A stretch of 64,000 nt of DNA from Deltaproteobacteria bacterium (GCA_016197285.1 JACPWD010000022.1:182502-246501), one strand, 5' to 3'; shown: positions 1 to 11,326, counted from the first letter of the stretch. Made by a program: numbers and translations. Notes: generated from the sequence alone by a model not told the origin.

Positions 1-1175
1 TGCCGCTGGGCATCATGAAAAACCGTCACGATGTTGAGCGGGTCGCGTGCGAAGATTTCGGCTTTGGTCACCACCAGCGCGTCGTCTGCGATCCGCACGC
101 CATCTCGGATCACGCGCTCGCGCAGTTTCCCTAAGAGGCTGTACAAGCGGGGCGTCTCTTTCGCTTGGCAGCGTTCGAGCATGAACTGGGCAAAATTATG
201 GATGATCGTCGCATGCCCGTAATAACACCGCATGAAGCTCGTCACGTCGGGAAACCCATAGGTGAGAGCAAGTTGGTCCTGGTGCTCGAACGTGAGCTGG
301 TCGTTTTCCTCCCCTGCCAGGAGATGCAGTCCGTTGCGCACCTTCCAGACGAAATCGCGGGCTGCTTCGACGGTGGCCAGCAGCGACGCCGAGACTACCC
401 CTTTGGGGATCAGTTCGCGGAGGTCGTGCACCTTATACTTAACCTGGGCGAGCCACCCGGCAGTGTGCAAGTCGCGCAATCCGCCCAGCCCCTCTTTCAG
501 GTCCGGTTCGAGCATGTAGATCGCGCCACCGCATTTCTGGTGGCGCTCCCGGCTTTCTTGCGCCTTGTCCTGAACAAACCGCTCGACGTGCCTGCCGACG
601 ATCTCGCGTTGCATGGCCGTGGCGAACTCTTGCCTCAGCATTTCATCGCCGCAGAGATAGCGATTATCGAGCAGCGCGGTTTTCGCAGTCAGGTCCTGGT
701 TCGCGATGCGCACGCACATGGGGACGTTGCGTACGGCATGCCCGACGTCGAAGCCGGCGTCGATGAGGCTATAATAAATCGTCTCGTAGATCGTCTCGAC
801 GTAAGGCGTAACCTTCCAATGATGCAGCACCAGCAGATCGATATCGGAGTAGAGGTTGAGTTCCCCACGTCCATATCCGCCCAGCGCAAATACCGCGCAC
901 CGTTGCTGCATGAGCGGATGGCGACGGGCATAGAGACGCGTGGCCGCCGCGAATAAGTACGCCACCAGACGGTCAATATACTCCGTGTGGGTGACGACCA
1001 TCGTTGTGCCGCTCGCGCCGGCATCGTGGAGCCGCGCCATTTCTTCCAGTACGCTAGCCCGATAAGTCTTGCTAATATCGCGCAGATTAAGGTTGGGGTT
1101 GGCACCGGACTCTACGTCTTCCGGCGGCAGCGGCGGCAACACGATAGGCTGACGACGGACATCGTCCTCGCTCAT
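1..1175 (-). CDS. glnD: [Protein-PII] uridylyltransferase GlnD, N-terminal part (gene runs off window start)
   Basis: Minus-strand reading from ATG at 1175 gives the nucleotidyltransferase motif ALGGYGRGELNLYSDIDLLVLH typical of GlnD. Not in the ORF track because it has no stop in the window. ATGA overlap with the upstream amidase stop. Confidence 0.7.
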   Translation of the reverse strand, partial: MSEDDVRRQPIVLPPLPPEDVESGANPNLNLRDISKTYRASVLEEMARLHDAGASGTTMVVTHTEYIDRLVAYLFAAATRLYARRHPLMQQRCAVFALGGYGRGELNLYSDIDLLVLHHWKVTPYVETIYETIYYSLIDAGFDVGHAVRNVPMCVRIANQDLTAKTALLDNRYLCGDEMLRQEFATAMQREIVGRHVERFVQDKAQESRERHQKCGGAIYMLEPDLKEGLGGLRDLHTAGWLAQVKYKVHDLRELIPKGVVSASLLATVEAARDFVWKVRNGLHLLAGEENDQLTFEHQDQLALTYGFPDVTSFMRCYYGHATIIHNFAQFMLERCQAKETPRLYSLLGKLRERVIRDGVRIADDALVVTKAEIFARDPLNIVTVFHDAQR

Positions 1176-2479
1176 AGGTTGCTTTCCCTTCGCTCCGAAC
1201 GTAAGAAGCGAAAGAGGCCAAGAAACAAGCCCTCGGCCAGCGCGTCTTGATATTGCGGGTCAGCGAGGAATTTTCCCTCGGCGCGGTGGGTCAGGAAGGC
1301 GGTTTCCACCAACACGCACGGCATATGGGCGCCCACCAACACGTAGAAAGGCCCTTTCTTCACGCCCAGATTGCGCACAGCCGGGTATTTTTCCCGTGCC
1401 CGCGTCACCACAGCAGTTTGCAGATGACGGGCAAGCGCCACGGATTCTTCCGCCTTGCCGTTTTGAATCAGATCGCTCAACACGTAGGATAAGCCGCTTT
1501 TGCCGTCGCTTCTCATATTTCCACGGCGAGATTGCCCACCGTTCTCGAGCGCGGCGAGCCGAATCGTCGCGCGGTCGTTGGTATTATTCAAGTAATAGGT
1601 TTCCACCCCTTGCGTCTCTGCGCTCGTACTGGCGTTGGCATGAATGGAGACGAAGAAGTCGGCCCGCGCCCGATTCGCCCGCGCCACCCGTTTATCCAGT
1701 GGGATGTAGACATCGGACGAACGGGTATACATTACTTTGACCGCGAGTCGCGTCGATAACTTTTTCCCCAACCGCTTGCTAATCGCGAGCACGACGTCTT
1801 TTTCCAACACGCGATCTTCGCTCATGGCTCCAGGATCTTTGCCACCGTGGCCCGGGTCGAGCATGACGATAATCGGGGCTCTCCGGCGCGCGGACTGCAA
1901 TACAGCAGCGGTTTTTCCGCCTCGAGAGCTTTCCTGCTGCGTAGCCAGAGCCTGCCGTGTTCGTATCGGTGCGGGCGACGAGTCCACGACTGGAACTGGA
2001 GGCGCTGGTCGCTTGATTTTCCCTCGGACGTCAAGCACGAGTCGATACGGACCATATAGTTCGAAGGTATTGTATCCCTTGACATTCTCGACCTCGAGGA
2101 TGGCCTGCACGCTGGACGCCGACGATTGTCTCGTCTGGACATGTTTGAGAAACCCATCGTGAACAGCTAACGCGCGCGGCGCTCCCAGACCGGCTTTTGC
2201 CGGAGAGAAATCGACCACTAGACGCGACGGGGAGCCTTTTCGCGTCGCCGGCTCCGTGGAAATTTTGTGGCGGACTTCTTCCGAGAACGTCAGCGTGACG
2301 CGGGTATACTCCTCCGCCGAAACATACTCGACGCTTTGGAGGATCGAAGGAGGAGCAATGTCTTCGGCGCGAGGGAAGGCGCGCGTAGGAAAGACCAGCG
2401 TGCCGAGGGTCGCAAGGAAAAGGGACAACCGAAAACCGAGGGAACTGAAAGAAGAGAGCCGTTTTCGCAAAGCATCCAT
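1172..2479 (-). CDS. N-acetylmuramoyl-L-alanine amidase (AmiC-like, with signal peptide and AMIN-like N-terminal region)
   Basis: 435-aa ORF. N-terminal hydrophobic signal. C-terminal amidase_3-like segment (MLDPGHGG...VSIHANA...ETYYL). Confidence 0.75.
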   Translation of the reverse strand: MDALRKRLSSFSSLGFRLSLFLATLGTLVFPTRAFPRAEDIAPPSILQSVEYVSAEEYTRVTLTFSEEVRHKISTEPATRKGSPSRLVVDFSPAKAGLGAPRALAVHDGFLKHVQTRQSSASSVQAILEVENVKGYNTFELYGPYRLVLDVRGKIKRPAPPVPVVDSSPAPIRTRQALATQQESSRGGKTAAVLQSARRRAPIIVMLDPGHGGKDPGAMSEDRVLEKDVVLAISKRLGKKLSTRLAVKVMYTRSSDVYIPLDKRVARANRARADFFVSIHANASTSAETQGVETYYLNNTNDRATIRLAALENGGQSRRGNMRSDGKSGLSYVLSDLIQNGKAEESVALARHLQTAVVTRAREKYPAVRNLGVKKGPFYVLVGAHMPCVLVETAFLTHRAEGKFLADPQYQDALAEGLFLGLFRFLRSERRESNL

Positions 2480-2587
2480 CTCTCCACTCCTGATAATTCA
2501 AGCCTCACATCGCAGGCGCGCAAAGGCCGCGCTCCCGCTCCTCATCACCCCACCTCTATCAGGTGTCGATTCCCAATACCGCCTCTA

Positions 2588-3859
2588 CTAGGTACCAAAT
2601 TCCCACGAGGCGAGATATTGCTTCTGCTCAGACGTTAGGCGATCGCACTTAATCCCCATACTTGCCAACTTGAGGGTCGCCACTTGCTCTTCGATTTCCT
2701 TCGGGACCAAGTGCACGCAATGTTCGAGTTTTCCGCCGCTTTCCGCCGCCCAGCGCGCAGCCAACGCTTGGGTAGCGAAGCTCATGTCCATCACCGACGC
2801 CGGGTGACCTTCGGCAGCAGCCAAGTTCACCAGGCGCCCTTCTGCGAGAAGGTACACGCGTCGCCCATTCGGCAAAAGATACCCATCTACATTCGGGCGG
2901 CTGTCCTTCTCTACCTGCTTGGCAAGCCCAGTCAGGGCCTTCACATCGATCTCGACATCGAAGTGACCGGAATTGCAGAGAATCGCACCGTCTTTCATCT
3001 GCAGAAAATGCTCTTTGCGGATGACGCTGGTATCGCCCGTCAGTGTAATAAAAATGTCTCCCTCGCGCACGGCGTCGCGCATCGGCATCACGCGGAATCC
3101 GTCCATCGCCGCTTCCAGGGCACGAATCGGGTTGATCTCCGTGACAATGACCTGAGCGCCCATGCCGCGCGCACGCATCGCCACACCCTTCCCGCACCAG
3201 CCGTAGCCGGCAACGACCACCGCCGCGCCGGCCAAGAGAATACTCGTGGCCCGTAAGATCCCATCGATGGTTGACTGCCCGGTGCCGTAGCGATTATCGA
3301 ACAAATACTTCGTGTCCGCGTCATTCACCGCCACTACCGGCAGCTTCAGCACGCCGTTTTTCTCCATCGACCGGAGACGGATGACCCCGGTCGTGGTCTC
3401 TTCCATGCTGGCACAGATCCGCTCCGCTTGTTTCGTGTAGGCAGCATCGGTGTGCAAAAGAGAGACGAGATCGGCACCATCGTCTAACGTCACGACCGGC
3501 TTCTGGTCCAAGACCTGGCGCAGGTGCCGATAGTAAATTTTCTGATCTTCCCCACGGATCGCGAAGGTAGGAATCCCTTCTTTGACCAGAGCGGCAGCCG
3601 TGTCGTCCTGGGTCGAGAGAGGATTCGAGGCGCACAACATCACCTCGGCACCACCCGCCCTAAAGGTGCGCATCAGGTTCGCGGTTTCCGCTGTGACATG
3701 CAGACACGCCGAAAGTTTCATGCCTTTGAGCGGCTGCGTACGCGCAAAAATTTCTTGTACCCGGCGCAGCACCGGCATGTGTTGCTCCGCCCAATCGACC
3801 CGCTTTTTACCGACCGCTGCAAGTTTTAAGTCTTTGACATCGCCACGTTGAGATCCCAT
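2588..3859 (-). CDS. ahcY: S-adenosyl-L-homocysteine hydrolase (adenosylhomocysteinase)
   Basis: Strong AhcY-like sequence (DYKVKD-like start; NAD-binding GYGWCGKG equivalent 'AGYGWCGKGVA'). The track ORF starts at 3937 but would overlap metK. Internal ATG at 3859 has a GAGGA RBS and matches homolog N-termini. Confidence 0.85.
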   Translation of the reverse strand: MGSQRGDVKDLKLAAVGKKRVDWAEQHMPVLRRVQEIFARTQPLKGMKLSACLHVTAETANLMRTFRAGGAEVMLCASNPLSTQDDTAAALVKEGIPTFAIRGEDQKIYYRHLRQVLDQKPVVTLDDGADLVSLLHTDAAYTKQAERICASMEETTTGVIRLRSMEKNGVLKLPVVAVNDADTKYLFDNRYGTGQSTIDGILRATSILLAGAAVVVAGYGWCGKGVAMRARGMGAQVIVTEINPIRALEAAMDGFRVMPMRDAVREGDIFITLTGDTSVIRKEHFLQMKDGAILCNSGHFDVEIDVKALTGLAKQVEKDSRPNVDGYLLPNGRRVYLLAEGRLVNLAAAEGHPASVMDMSFATQALAARWAAESGGKLEHCVHLVPKEIEEQVATLKLASMGIKCDRLTSEQKQYLASWEFGT

Positions 3860-3882
3860 ACGTTCCTCATTCCCTCCTACAC

Positions 3883-5061
3883 TCAGGCCAAGCTCGCCGA
3901 TCGTTTCAGCGTATCGACGCGGTCGGTTCGCTCCCAAGTAAAAAACCCGCCGCGCGCCGGGCGGCCAAAGTGACCATACGAAGCGGTCGCCCGGTAAATA
4001 GGATTTTTCAGTCCTAAGGCTTTAATGATCTCGGCGGGCCGCAAGTCGAAATTCTCGCGCACGATATCCGCCAACTTTTCATCCGGCAGCACCCCGGTGC
4101 CGAAGGTATCGACCAGCACCGACACCGGCTGTGCCATGCCGATCGCATAGGCAACTTGGACTTCACAGCTCCGCGCGAGTTCAGCCGCCACTAAGTTCTT
4201 CGCGATGTAACGCGCCATATACGCAGCAGAACGGTCGACTTTCGAGGGGTCTTTCCCCGAGAACGCCCCCCCGCCGTGACGGCCATACCCACCATAGGTA
4301 TCGACGATGATCTTGCGCCCGGTCAGACCGCAATCCGCGAACGGCCCGCCATGCACGAAACGCCCGGTGGGGTTCACTAAAAAGACCGTCTTGCTGTCGA
4401 GGAATTCCGGCGGCACCACACGTTTAATAATGTCCTCGATCACTGCTTCCTTGATCGTGCCATGCTGCGCGTCGGGGTTGTGCTGCGTCGAGATCAAAAC
4501 CGTATCGGCGCGCGCCGGCCTCCCGTCACGATAATGCACCGTGACCTGCGATTTACTGTCGGGGCGCAGGAACGGCAGTTGCCCGCTCTTGCGCGCCTGC
4601 GTCAACGCTTCCATCAAACGATGGGCGGTATAAATAGGAAAAGGCATGAACTCTTTGGTTTCGTCACACGCGAAACCGAACATCATGCCCTGGTCGCCCG
4701 CGCCTTGCTCTGTATGCAGCCCTTCCCCCTCGGTTACGCCTTGGGAGATGTCGGGCGATTGTAATCCGATCGCGGTCAACACGGCGCAGGTCCCGGCGTC
4801 GAAGCCAAGCTCGGAGCTAGTGTAGCCGATGTCCCGCACCACTTCTCGCGCCAAGTCGGCATAATCGAGCTGCGCGCGTGTGGTAATTTCGCCGGCGATC
4901 ACTACCATCCCAGTTTTCACCAAAGTCTCACAGGCAACGCGGCTGTTTATATCTTGCTGCAGCGCCGCATCCAGCACGGCATCCGAAATCTGATCGCACA
5001 TTTTATCCGGATGCCCTTCGGACACCGATTCCGAAGTAAACAAAAAGTCTTTTGCCGCCAT
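3883..5061 (-). CDS. metK: S-adenosylmethionine synthetase
   Basis: 392 aa; [32 protein letters not shown]... is the canonical MetK N-terminus. Confidence 0.95.
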   Translation of the reverse strand: MAAKDFLFTSESVSEGHPDKMCDQISDAVLDAALQQDINSRVACETLVKTGMVVIAGEITTRAQLDYADLAREVVRDIGYTSSELGFDAGTCAVLTAIGLQSPDISQGVTEGEGLHTEQGAGDQGMMFGFACDETKEFMPFPIYTAHRLMEALTQARKSGQLPFLRPDSKSQVTVHYRDGRPARADTVLISTQHNPDAQHGTIKEAVIEDIIKRVVPPEFLDSKTVFLVNPTGRFVHGGPFADCGLTGRKIIVDTYGGYGRHGGGAFSGKDPSKVDRSAAYMARYIAKNLVAAELARSCEVQVAYAIGMAQPVSVLVDTFGTGVLPDEKLADIVRENFDLRPAEIIKALGLKNPIYRATASYGHFGRPARGGFFTWERTDRVDTLKRSASLA

Positions 5062-5207
5062 ACAACGAATCTCCTTATGCTCTCACGCTTCTCGCCCGGG
5101 GGGAGAACGGCAGGCGCATCTAATAGAATCCCCCCCGCAGCGTCAAGGGGCAGAACGGCCTCTCTACGACCGAGACAACCCGGCCCCGACGCCTGGAAAA
5201 ATTCCGC

Positions 5208-5495
5208 TCACTCTTCGTAGAAGCGATTTTCGATGACTTGGGTTAAGGCAGCGAGCGCCGCCTGCGCCTCGGCTCCGCTTACCTGGATGTCCAACACGCT
5301 GCCATAGGGAGCGCCCAGGGTCATCAGGTCGAGCATGCTCCGTCCGTTGACCGTCCGCCCCTCCCAGCTCACCTGCACCTCCGCGTTCACCCCGCTCAAC
5401 GCACGCACGAACGTCGCCGCTGCCCGGGCGTGCAGTCCCTGGACATTCAGAAGCGTTAATTGGGCCGACAGAACGTGCCGGTCACTCATATCCAC
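5208..5495 (-). CDS. ptsO: HPr-family phosphocarrier protein (NPr/PtsO-like, in rpoN-ptsN cluster)
   Basis: 95 aa; conserved active-site region GLHARAAATFV; genomic context next to rapZ and ptsN. Confidence 0.7.
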   Translation of the reverse strand: MDMSDRHVLSAQLTLLNVQGLHARAAATFVRALSGVNAEVQVSWEGRTVNGRSMLDLMTLGAPYGSVLDIQVSGAEAQAALAALTQVIENRFYEE

Positions 5496-5504
5496 CTACA
5501 TGTA

Positions 5505-6359
5505 TCAACGATGCACGTCGCGGTGCCGTAACTGAACCTCATACCCCCACCCCTTCACTTGATTCCCCATCTCCTCAGCGATGGCGACCGAGCGATGCCG
5601 TCCCCCCGTGCATCCGATCGCCAGCGTGAGATAACTTTTCCCCTCGCGCAGGTACAGCGGGAGAGTAATCTCCAGCAGGCGGCGCGCGGCAGCGAGAAAT
5701 TGGCGCGTCTCTTCGCGCTGCAAAACGAAGTCCGCCACGGCGGGCTCCATGCCGGTGTGTGCGCGGAGCTGCTCGACAAAGAACGGGTTCGGCAGAAACC
5801 GCACATCGAACATGACGTCGGCATCGGTCGGCACCCCATATTTGAAGCCAAAGGATTCCACCGTCACGATCAAAGAAGCCTGTGGCGATGCCGTGGACAG
5901 CAACTGGCGAAGCTGGTCGCGCAATTCGTGCACGGTCCACGCCGAGGTATCGATGACTTGGTCGGCCAGCTCCCGTAACCAGGTCAAGCGCTCGCGTTCG
6001 GTACGAATGCCGTATTCGACCCCTCCACCACCGGCCAGAGGATGAGGACGACGCGTTTCGCTGAAGCGACGGAGCAACACTTCATCCGCCGCTTCGAAGT
6101 AGAACACTTCCAGGCGCTGGCCACGGCTGCGCAACTCCTTGAGCACCGAGGGATACTCGCCCAGCGAAACACGTTCACGCAGATCGATGCCCAGCGCGAC
6201 GCGCGAGATCGGCTCGGCGCTCTTCTCGCACAATTCCAAAAAGGGCGGAATTAAGGTGACCGGGAGGTTATCGATGCAATAGAATCCCAAGTCTTCCAGC
6301 ACATGCATAGCCGTGCGTCTTCCCGACCCGGCGAGGCCGGTCACTACGATCACGCGCAT
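5505..6359 (-). CDS. rapZ: RNase adapter protein RapZ (P-loop NTPase, YhbJ family)
   Basis: P-loop VTGLAGSGRRT near the N-terminus, FYCIDNLP motif. Track ORF starts at a GTG at 6416 that overlaps ptsN. ATG at 6359 places the P-loop as in RapZ homologs. Confidence 0.8.
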   Translation of the reverse strand: MRVIVVTGLAGSGRRTAMHVLEDLGFYCIDNLPVTLIPPFLELCEKSAEPISRVALGIDLRERVSLGEYPSVLKELRSRGQRLEVFYFEAADEVLLRRFSETRRPHPLAGGGGVEYGIRTERERLTWLRELADQVIDTSAWTVHELRDQLRQLLSTASPQASLIVTVESFGFKYGVPTDADVMFDVRFLPNPFFVEQLRAHTGMEPAVADFVLQREETRQFLAAARRLLEITLPLYLREGKSYLTLAIGCTGGRHRSVAIAEEMGNQVKGWGYEVQLRHRDVHR

Positions 6360-6393
6360 GGGCCGTGCCGGCGAACTCGGCGCCGGCAGCGCC

Positions 6394-6855
6394 TCAGAGT
6401 TTGGCATCTTCTTCACAAATGACTCGATGTAATTCGGCTTGCGTTTGCGCGCTCAGCAATCGCTCGCGAAAGCCTTTGTCTTTCAATAGCCGCGAGACCC
6501 GCGCGAGCGCCTTGAGATGAATCCCCGCCGACTCTTCCGGGGCGACGAGCAGGAAGAAAATTTTCGTCGGCGCGCCGTCAAGGGAATGACATTCGACGCC
6601 CTTGAGGCTGCGCCCAAACGCCGCCACGACGCCCTTCAGACCGGGCAACTTGCCGTGCGGGATGGCGATCCCTTCGCCGATCGCAGTGGTGCCGAGCCGC
6701 TCCCGGTCAAGCAGAACCGAGACCAAGTGCTCCGCCTGAATCCCCGGATGGTGCGCCGCCATGTGCAACGCCAGCTCCCGCAATACCTCGGTCTTCGTTC
6801 CGCTTTGTAACTCCGGAGCGATGAGTTCTTCTTTCAGAATATCGACCATACGCAT
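6394..6855 (-). CDS. ptsN: PTS EIIA-Ntr (nitrogen regulatory IIA)
   Basis: 153 aa; fructose-type IIA fold with GIAIPHGK histidine motif; downstream of rpoN. Confidence 0.85.
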   Translation of the reverse strand: MRMVDILKEELIAPELQSGTKTEVLRELALHMAAHHPGIQAEHLVSVLLDRERLGTTAIGEGIAIPHGKLPGLKGVVAAFGRSLKGVECHSLDGAPTKIFFLLVAPEESAGIHLKALARVSRLLKDKGFRERLLSAQTQAELHRVICEEDAKL

Positions 6856-6877
6856 GGCGAGAGACCTTTCTTGTTCG

Positions 6878-8362
6878 TTATCCGCGCGGGAACGCCAGCC
6901 CGCTCGATGAGGACACGTGCTTCCGCTTCGCTGAAGAAAGAATGTTCATGTTTTCCCTATACTTTGCCACGGTACGGCGCGCAATGGTCACATCTCCGCG
7001 AGACAGGGTCTTGGCGATTTCCTCGTCGCTCAGCGGGTGGGCAGAGTCTTCGCTCTCGATCATCTCGCGGATGCGCTCTTTGACGCTCTCCGCCGACACA
7101 TCCGGTCCGTGCCGTCCTTTCAAACCGGTGGTGAAGAATTTTTTCAGGGGGTAAATACCGCGCGGCGTCGCAATATATTTGCCGGCAATCGCCCGACTCA
7201 CCGTGGACTCATGGACGCCAACCTCTTCGGCCACGTCGCGTAAGACGAGCGGGCGCATGTGAGACACGCCATAGGTCAGAAAATCTTGCTGAAACTTCAC
7301 CAGACTCTGCGCGACGAGCAAGAGCGTCCGCTGACGTTGATGAATACTCTTGATGAGCCACGCGGCGGAGCGCAATTTTTCCTGGACGTACTCTTTGGCC
7401 TCGCCTTCTTCGGCCAACAGGCGACGATAGGAAGCGCTCACCTTCAACCGCGGCAGTCCTTCTTCATTAAGCGTGACGACCCAGTCCTCGCCCACCTTTT
7501 GGACATACACATCCTCGGTCACATAGCGGACGTCGCCTTCGCCAAAATCGCGCCCAGGCTTCGGCTCGAGCGAAGAGATCAATTTGACGGCGTGGGTCAC
7601 TTCTTCGATAGTGACCCCTAAATCTTTGGCAAGGCGGTCGAACCGGCGGATTTCCAACGCCGGCAAATGGTCCCGAATAATGCGTCCGGCGACGGCAAGA
7701 ATCGGGTCGTTCAGGGTAGGATTCTCTAACCCTTGATGACGGAGTTGCAACAGCAGGCACTCCCGCAAGTCGCGCGCACCCACCCCGGACGGATCGCACT
7801 CTTGGATAATCCCCAATACGCGCAAGACCTCTTCGTCGCTCGCGCCGACATTCGCGGCAATCTCTTCGATCGGAGCTTGTAGATAGCCATCGACATCGAG
7901 ATTGCCGATAACCACGGCGGCAATCCGCACCTCTTCTTCCGTCAGAGCGCGGAACCGGAGTTGCCACGCGAGATGTTCCGTCAGGGATTCTGTCCGATTC
8001 GGTTGATTTTCGATGAGATTTTGCCGGTCTTCGTCGGCATCGTCGCTTCCCCACGCCGGGAGCGACGGGGCTCCATCGTTATATGTCTCGAGATAGGAGC
8101 GCCAATCGATGTCTTCAGAAGTGGCAACCTTCTCCGCGGCTTCAGGTGGAGGCGGCTCCTCGCTCATCACCCCGGCCTCGGCAAGAGAGACTTCTTCTTC
8201 TCCCTGTTCGACCGTGAGCACTGGATTCTCCGCCAGCTCTTCGTTGATTAGGGTATCGAGTTCGCCGCGCGGGAGTTGGAGAATCTTGATAGCCTGACGC
8301 AGTTGGGGCGTCATCACTAATCTCTGCGTCAATTTTTGCTGGAGCCTAATATCCAAAGCCAT
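6878..8362 (-). CDS. rpoN: RNA polymerase sigma-54 factor
   Basis: 494 aa; N-terminal Gln/Leu-rich activator-interacting region (LTQRLVMTPQLRQAIKILQLP); C-terminal RpoN box (ARRTVAKYRE). Confidence 0.95.
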   Translation of the reverse strand: MALDIRLQQKLTQRLVMTPQLRQAIKILQLPRGELDTLINEELAENPVLTVEQGEEEVSLAEAGVMSEEPPPPEAAEKVATSEDIDWRSYLETYNDGAPSLPAWGSDDADEDRQNLIENQPNRTESLTEHLAWQLRFRALTEEEVRIAAVVIGNLDVDGYLQAPIEEIAANVGASDEEVLRVLGIIQECDPSGVGARDLRECLLLQLRHQGLENPTLNDPILAVAGRIIRDHLPALEIRRFDRLAKDLGVTIEEVTHAVKLISSLEPKPGRDFGEGDVRYVTEDVYVQKVGEDWVVTLNEEGLPRLKVSASYRRLLAEEGEAKEYVQEKLRSAAWLIKSIHQRQRTLLLVAQSLVKFQQDFLTYGVSHMRPLVLRDVAEEVGVHESTVSRAIAGKYIATPRGIYPLKKFFTTGLKGRHGPDVSAESVKERIREMIESEDSAHPLSDEEIAKTLSRGDVTIARRTVAKYRENMNILSSAKRKHVSSSSGLAFPRG

Positions 8363-8380
8363 CGTCTATCTACTTTCTCA

Positions 8381-9112
8381 TTACAATCGGAACCGTTCGC
8401 CAAGATACACTTGTCTGGCCCGAGCGCTCGCCGTCAGCTCTTGTGGGGTCCCTTCTTCAAACACCTGCCCGTCGTTCAAAATGTACGCCCGATCGCAAAT
8501 GGTCAGGGTCTCACGGACATTATGATCGGTGACCAAAATCCCGATGCCGCGCCCACGTAATTGCAGCATGATTTCTTGAATATCCACCACGGAGAGCGGG
8601 TCGATGCCGGCAAAGGGTTCATCTAACAGCATAAAGAGCGGGTCCATCACCAACGCTCGGGCAATTTCCGTCCGTCGCCGTTCGCCACCGGACAAGGAAT
8701 CCGCCCGATTTTTTGCCAATTGCTCGATCCGTAACTCGCCAAGCAGGCGGTCGGCACGCTCCCGTCGTTCGGCGGCGGAAAGAGGCAAGGTCTCCAAGAT
8801 CGCCAGGAGGTTCTCTTCCACGGTCAGTTTGCGAAACACCGACGCCTCTTGCGGCAGATAGGTCACGCCTTTGCGGGCTCGCTTGTACATCGGCAGCCGG
8901 GTCATGTCCTCGCCATTACAAGAGACCGTCCCTTGGTCGGGCCGAATCAGCCCAACGATGATCGAAAAGGTCGTGGTCTTCCCCGCACCGTTCGGTCCCA
9001 GCAGTCCAACGATTTCTCCTCCTTTGACATTGACGGATACATTGCGCAGCACGGGGCGTTTTCCGTAGGTCTTGCTCAAGCCCTCCCCACGGAGCATTTG
9101 TTCTCCACTCAC
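8381..9112 (-). CDS. lptB: LPS export ABC transporter ATP-binding protein
   Basis: 243 aa; Walker [13 protein letters not shown] signature LSGGERRR, Walker B LLDEP; context lptCAB-rpoN. Confidence 0.9.
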   Translation of the reverse strand: MSGEQMLRGEGLSKTYGKRPVLRNVSVNVKGGEIVGLLGPNGAGKTTTFSIIVGLIRPDQGTVSCNGEDMTRLPMYKRARKGVTYLPQEASVFRKLTVEENLLAILETLPLSAAERRERADRLLGELRIEQLAKNRADSLSGGERRRTEIARALVMDPLFMLLDEPFAGIDPLSVVDIQEIMLQLRGRGIGILVTDHNVRETLTICDRAYILNDGQVFEEGTPQELTASARARQVYLGERFRL

Positions 9113-9780
9113 GGCTTTTTCGATCCCTTCTTGTCTCCCTCTTGTTGCTCGGGACGGATTTCCATTTCCGCTCGACGATCACCGCCGCCGCCCTCAACGA
9201 TACTGCGTTTCTCGTCGAGGTAGACCGTCACCCGCTCGCCAGACACCCAATTCCCCAGTTCTTGCACACGGGCCTCACCGCTCAAGACGACGACCCGTTG
9301 CGCTTCGTTAAATATGGCTTTTTTCCCCGTGGCTCTCCGATTGCCGGAGATAATATCCACGTGGCCCTCAGCAACGATTTCCTTGAGCCGTTGCTTAGAA
9401 GCGGCAACACCGGGGCTCGCCGGGGTCGGCTCGGCGTTTGCCGATCCTGTGTCGGCGCTGCTGTTGGTCGGCTGCGCGTCTTCGTAGATGACCGTCAACA
9501 GGTCGCTTTTCATGGTAACGTCGCCTTGGATGGCGACGACATCGCCGCGATAGACGATCCGTTTTTTCTCGTACAGGAATTCGAGGTCACGCGAACTGAT
9601 GCGGATCGGCTCGCGCCGCGAGGTCAGGGACAACGAGTCCGCCAAATTCGACTCCGCCGCCTTTTTCTTTCCCTTGCCGCCGTCCGCCGCCTTTTCTTCT
9701 GCCACAGCGGAGTGTCCCCACGCCAGGCAACACCCCATCAGTACGAGGACGCTCATCCATTTCCGGCTGCTCTTCACCAT
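9109..9780 (-). CDS. lptA: LPS transport periplasmic protein LptA (OstA-like)
   Basis: 223 aa; signal peptide, OstA-like beta-jellyroll region; 4-bp overlap with lptB start; immediately after lptC. Confidence 0.75.
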   Translation of the reverse strand: MVKSSRKWMSVLVLMGCCLAWGHSAVAEEKAADGGKGKKKAAESNLADSLSLTSRREPIRISSRDLEFLYEKKRIVYRGDVVAIQGDVTMKSDLLTVIYEDAQPTNSSADTGSANAEPTPASPGVAASKQRLKEIVAEGHVDIISGNRRATGKKAIFNEAQRVVVLSGEARVQELGNWVSGERVTVYLDEKRSIVEGGGGDRRAEMEIRPEQQEGDKKGSKKP

Positions 9781-10367
9781 TATCCCTCTCGTTTCATCAC
9801 GGTCGTCCGTACATTAGCGGCAAGCGTGAGCCGTTTTGCCGCGACATCCATGGTATAACCTTGCCCCTCGACTTCTATCCCATTGCCAACCACACGCACC
9901 GATCCGGAGGAAGAGATCGTATGCAGCTCGCTGTCGTACACGGCACTCGCTGTCGTAATCACGAAGCCGTTGAGTCGGACTTCGATCTCTCCCGACAACT
10001 CCATGTGTGTCACTTCTTCGTCTCCATCGAGACGGACCCGCCCTTCCTGACACCGCAGAGAAATGACCTCGCCGTCTTTCGGATACAGGCTGACTTCCGG
10101 GCCTTCCACCACAATCTCGCCGTGCTCTTGCGAGTAGCGTGCCTGCCGTGCCGCGATCTCCCAGACTTTCCTGCCATCGCGAATTTTAGCCCGGCGGAAG
10201 TTCTGCATTCGTTGCTCTGCCTCTGGGGCCACATCCTGAGTCAGCCGACGAATCTCCTCGTCATTAGCTTTTTGCGCACGGAGGGAGGACATGACGTAAT
10301 AGCCCACCACCAATAACGAAGCGGTCACGGTCAGCGCGAGGACGAAACGTAATTGCTCTCTACTCAT
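9780..10367 (-). CDS. lptC: LPS export system protein LptC
   Basis: Single N-terminal TM helix (LALTVTASLLVVGYYV) followed by an LptC-like beta-rich domain. Track ORF extends to 10457. ATG at 10367 (MSREQL) gives a typical membrane-anchor start. The alternative start at 10379 is also possible. Confidence 0.65.
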   Translation of the reverse strand: MSREQLRFVLALTVTASLLVVGYYVMSSLRAQKANDEEIRRLTQDVAPEAEQRMQNFRRAKIRDGRKVWEIAARQARYSQEHGEIVVEGPEVSLYPKDGEVISLRCQEGRVRLDGDEEVTHMELSGEIEVRLNGFVITTASAVYDSELHTISSSGSVRVVGNGIEVEGQGYTMDVAAKRLTLAANVRTTVMKREG

Positions 10368-10486
10368 GCGGATTCCCATCGAGTTGTTCAGGATACCACC
10401 CACCCCACCCGGCGCAAAGAGCTTTGGCGAGAAAAGCGCGTCCCAGCCATGCAACAAACGACGACCGAAAAACGCAGGGCTCTGCT

Positions 10487-11326
10487 CTAATGCCCTTTCA
10501 CTAGAGCGTCAAGGGCGCACAAGCGTTGGAGTAGAGCGGCAAGCTGTTCCAGGGGAAAAACGGTGGCGCTGTCGCTGAGCGCGCGAGGGGGATCTTCGTG
10601 CACTTCCATAAACAGGCCATCGACCCCAACCGCGACTGCGGCTCGGGCCAGTGGCGGAATAAATTCCCGTTGCCCGCCGGACATTCCACCTTGGCCGCCG
10701 GGCAACTGTACGCTGTGGGTCGCATCGAAAATCACGGGATATCCGCTCCGTGCCATGATCGGCAGAGACCGGAAGTCGGTCACCAGATTGTTATAGCCGA
10801 AGGCATAGCCGCGCTCGGTCAGGCAGATCCGCCGATTCCCGGTGGAGGCGACCTTTTCGGCGGCATGTTCCATATCCCAGGGCGCTAAGAATTGCCCTTT
10901 CTTAATGTTCACCACCTTGCCACTGTGCCCAGCGGCGAGCAGCAAGTCCGTCTGCCGGCAAAGAAAAGCCGGAATCTGCAAGACGTCCACCGCTTCGGCG
11001 GCGAGCGCAGCCTCTTCCGGCGCATGCACATCGGTGAGGACGGGCACGCCCACTTCGCGTCTGACCTCGGCGAGAATGGCTAGCCCTTCGTGCATTCCTA
11101 ACCCACGAAAGGAAGTGCCGGAAGTCCGGTTGGCCTTGTCGTAGGAGGACTTGTAAATGAACGGCACCCGGAGTCGTTCGGTGAGCTGCCGCAGCGCTTC
11201 GGCATGACGCAGCGCCGAGTCACGGCTTTCGATCACGCAAGGGCCGGCGATCAATACCAAAGGCAAGCCGCCACCACAGCGCACCGCACCGATGGCAATG
11301 GCCTCGGGGGACACTTCGCGCCACAT
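10487..11326 (-). CDS. kdsA: 3-deoxy-8-phosphooctulonate synthase (KDO-8P synthase)
   Basis: 279 aa; strong KdsA-like sequence ([21 protein letters not shown]). Confidence 0.9.
   Translation of the reverse strand: MWREVSPEAIAIGAVRCGGGLPLVLIAGPCVIESRDSALRHAEALRQLTERLRVPFIYKSSYDKANRTSGTSFRGLGMHEGLAILAEVRREVGVPVLTDVHAPEEAALAAEAVDVLQIPAFLCRQTDLLLAAGHSGKVVNIKKGQFLAPWDMEHAAEKVASTGNRRICLTERGYAFGYNNLVTDFRSLPIMARSGYPVIFDATHSVQLPGGQGGMSGGQREFIPPLARAAVAVGVDGLFMEVHEDPPRALSDSATVFPLEQLAALLQRLCALDALVKGH

Noticed and set aside
165-956. 263-aa plus-strand ORF at window start
   Set aside because: The opposite strand encodes a convincing GlnD N-terminus; this frame is Arg/Leu-rich with no features.
2480-2587. 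Rho-independent terminator after ahcY
   Set aside because: A GC hairpin (GCGCG...CGCGC) is present but not followed by a U-tract on the transcribed strand.
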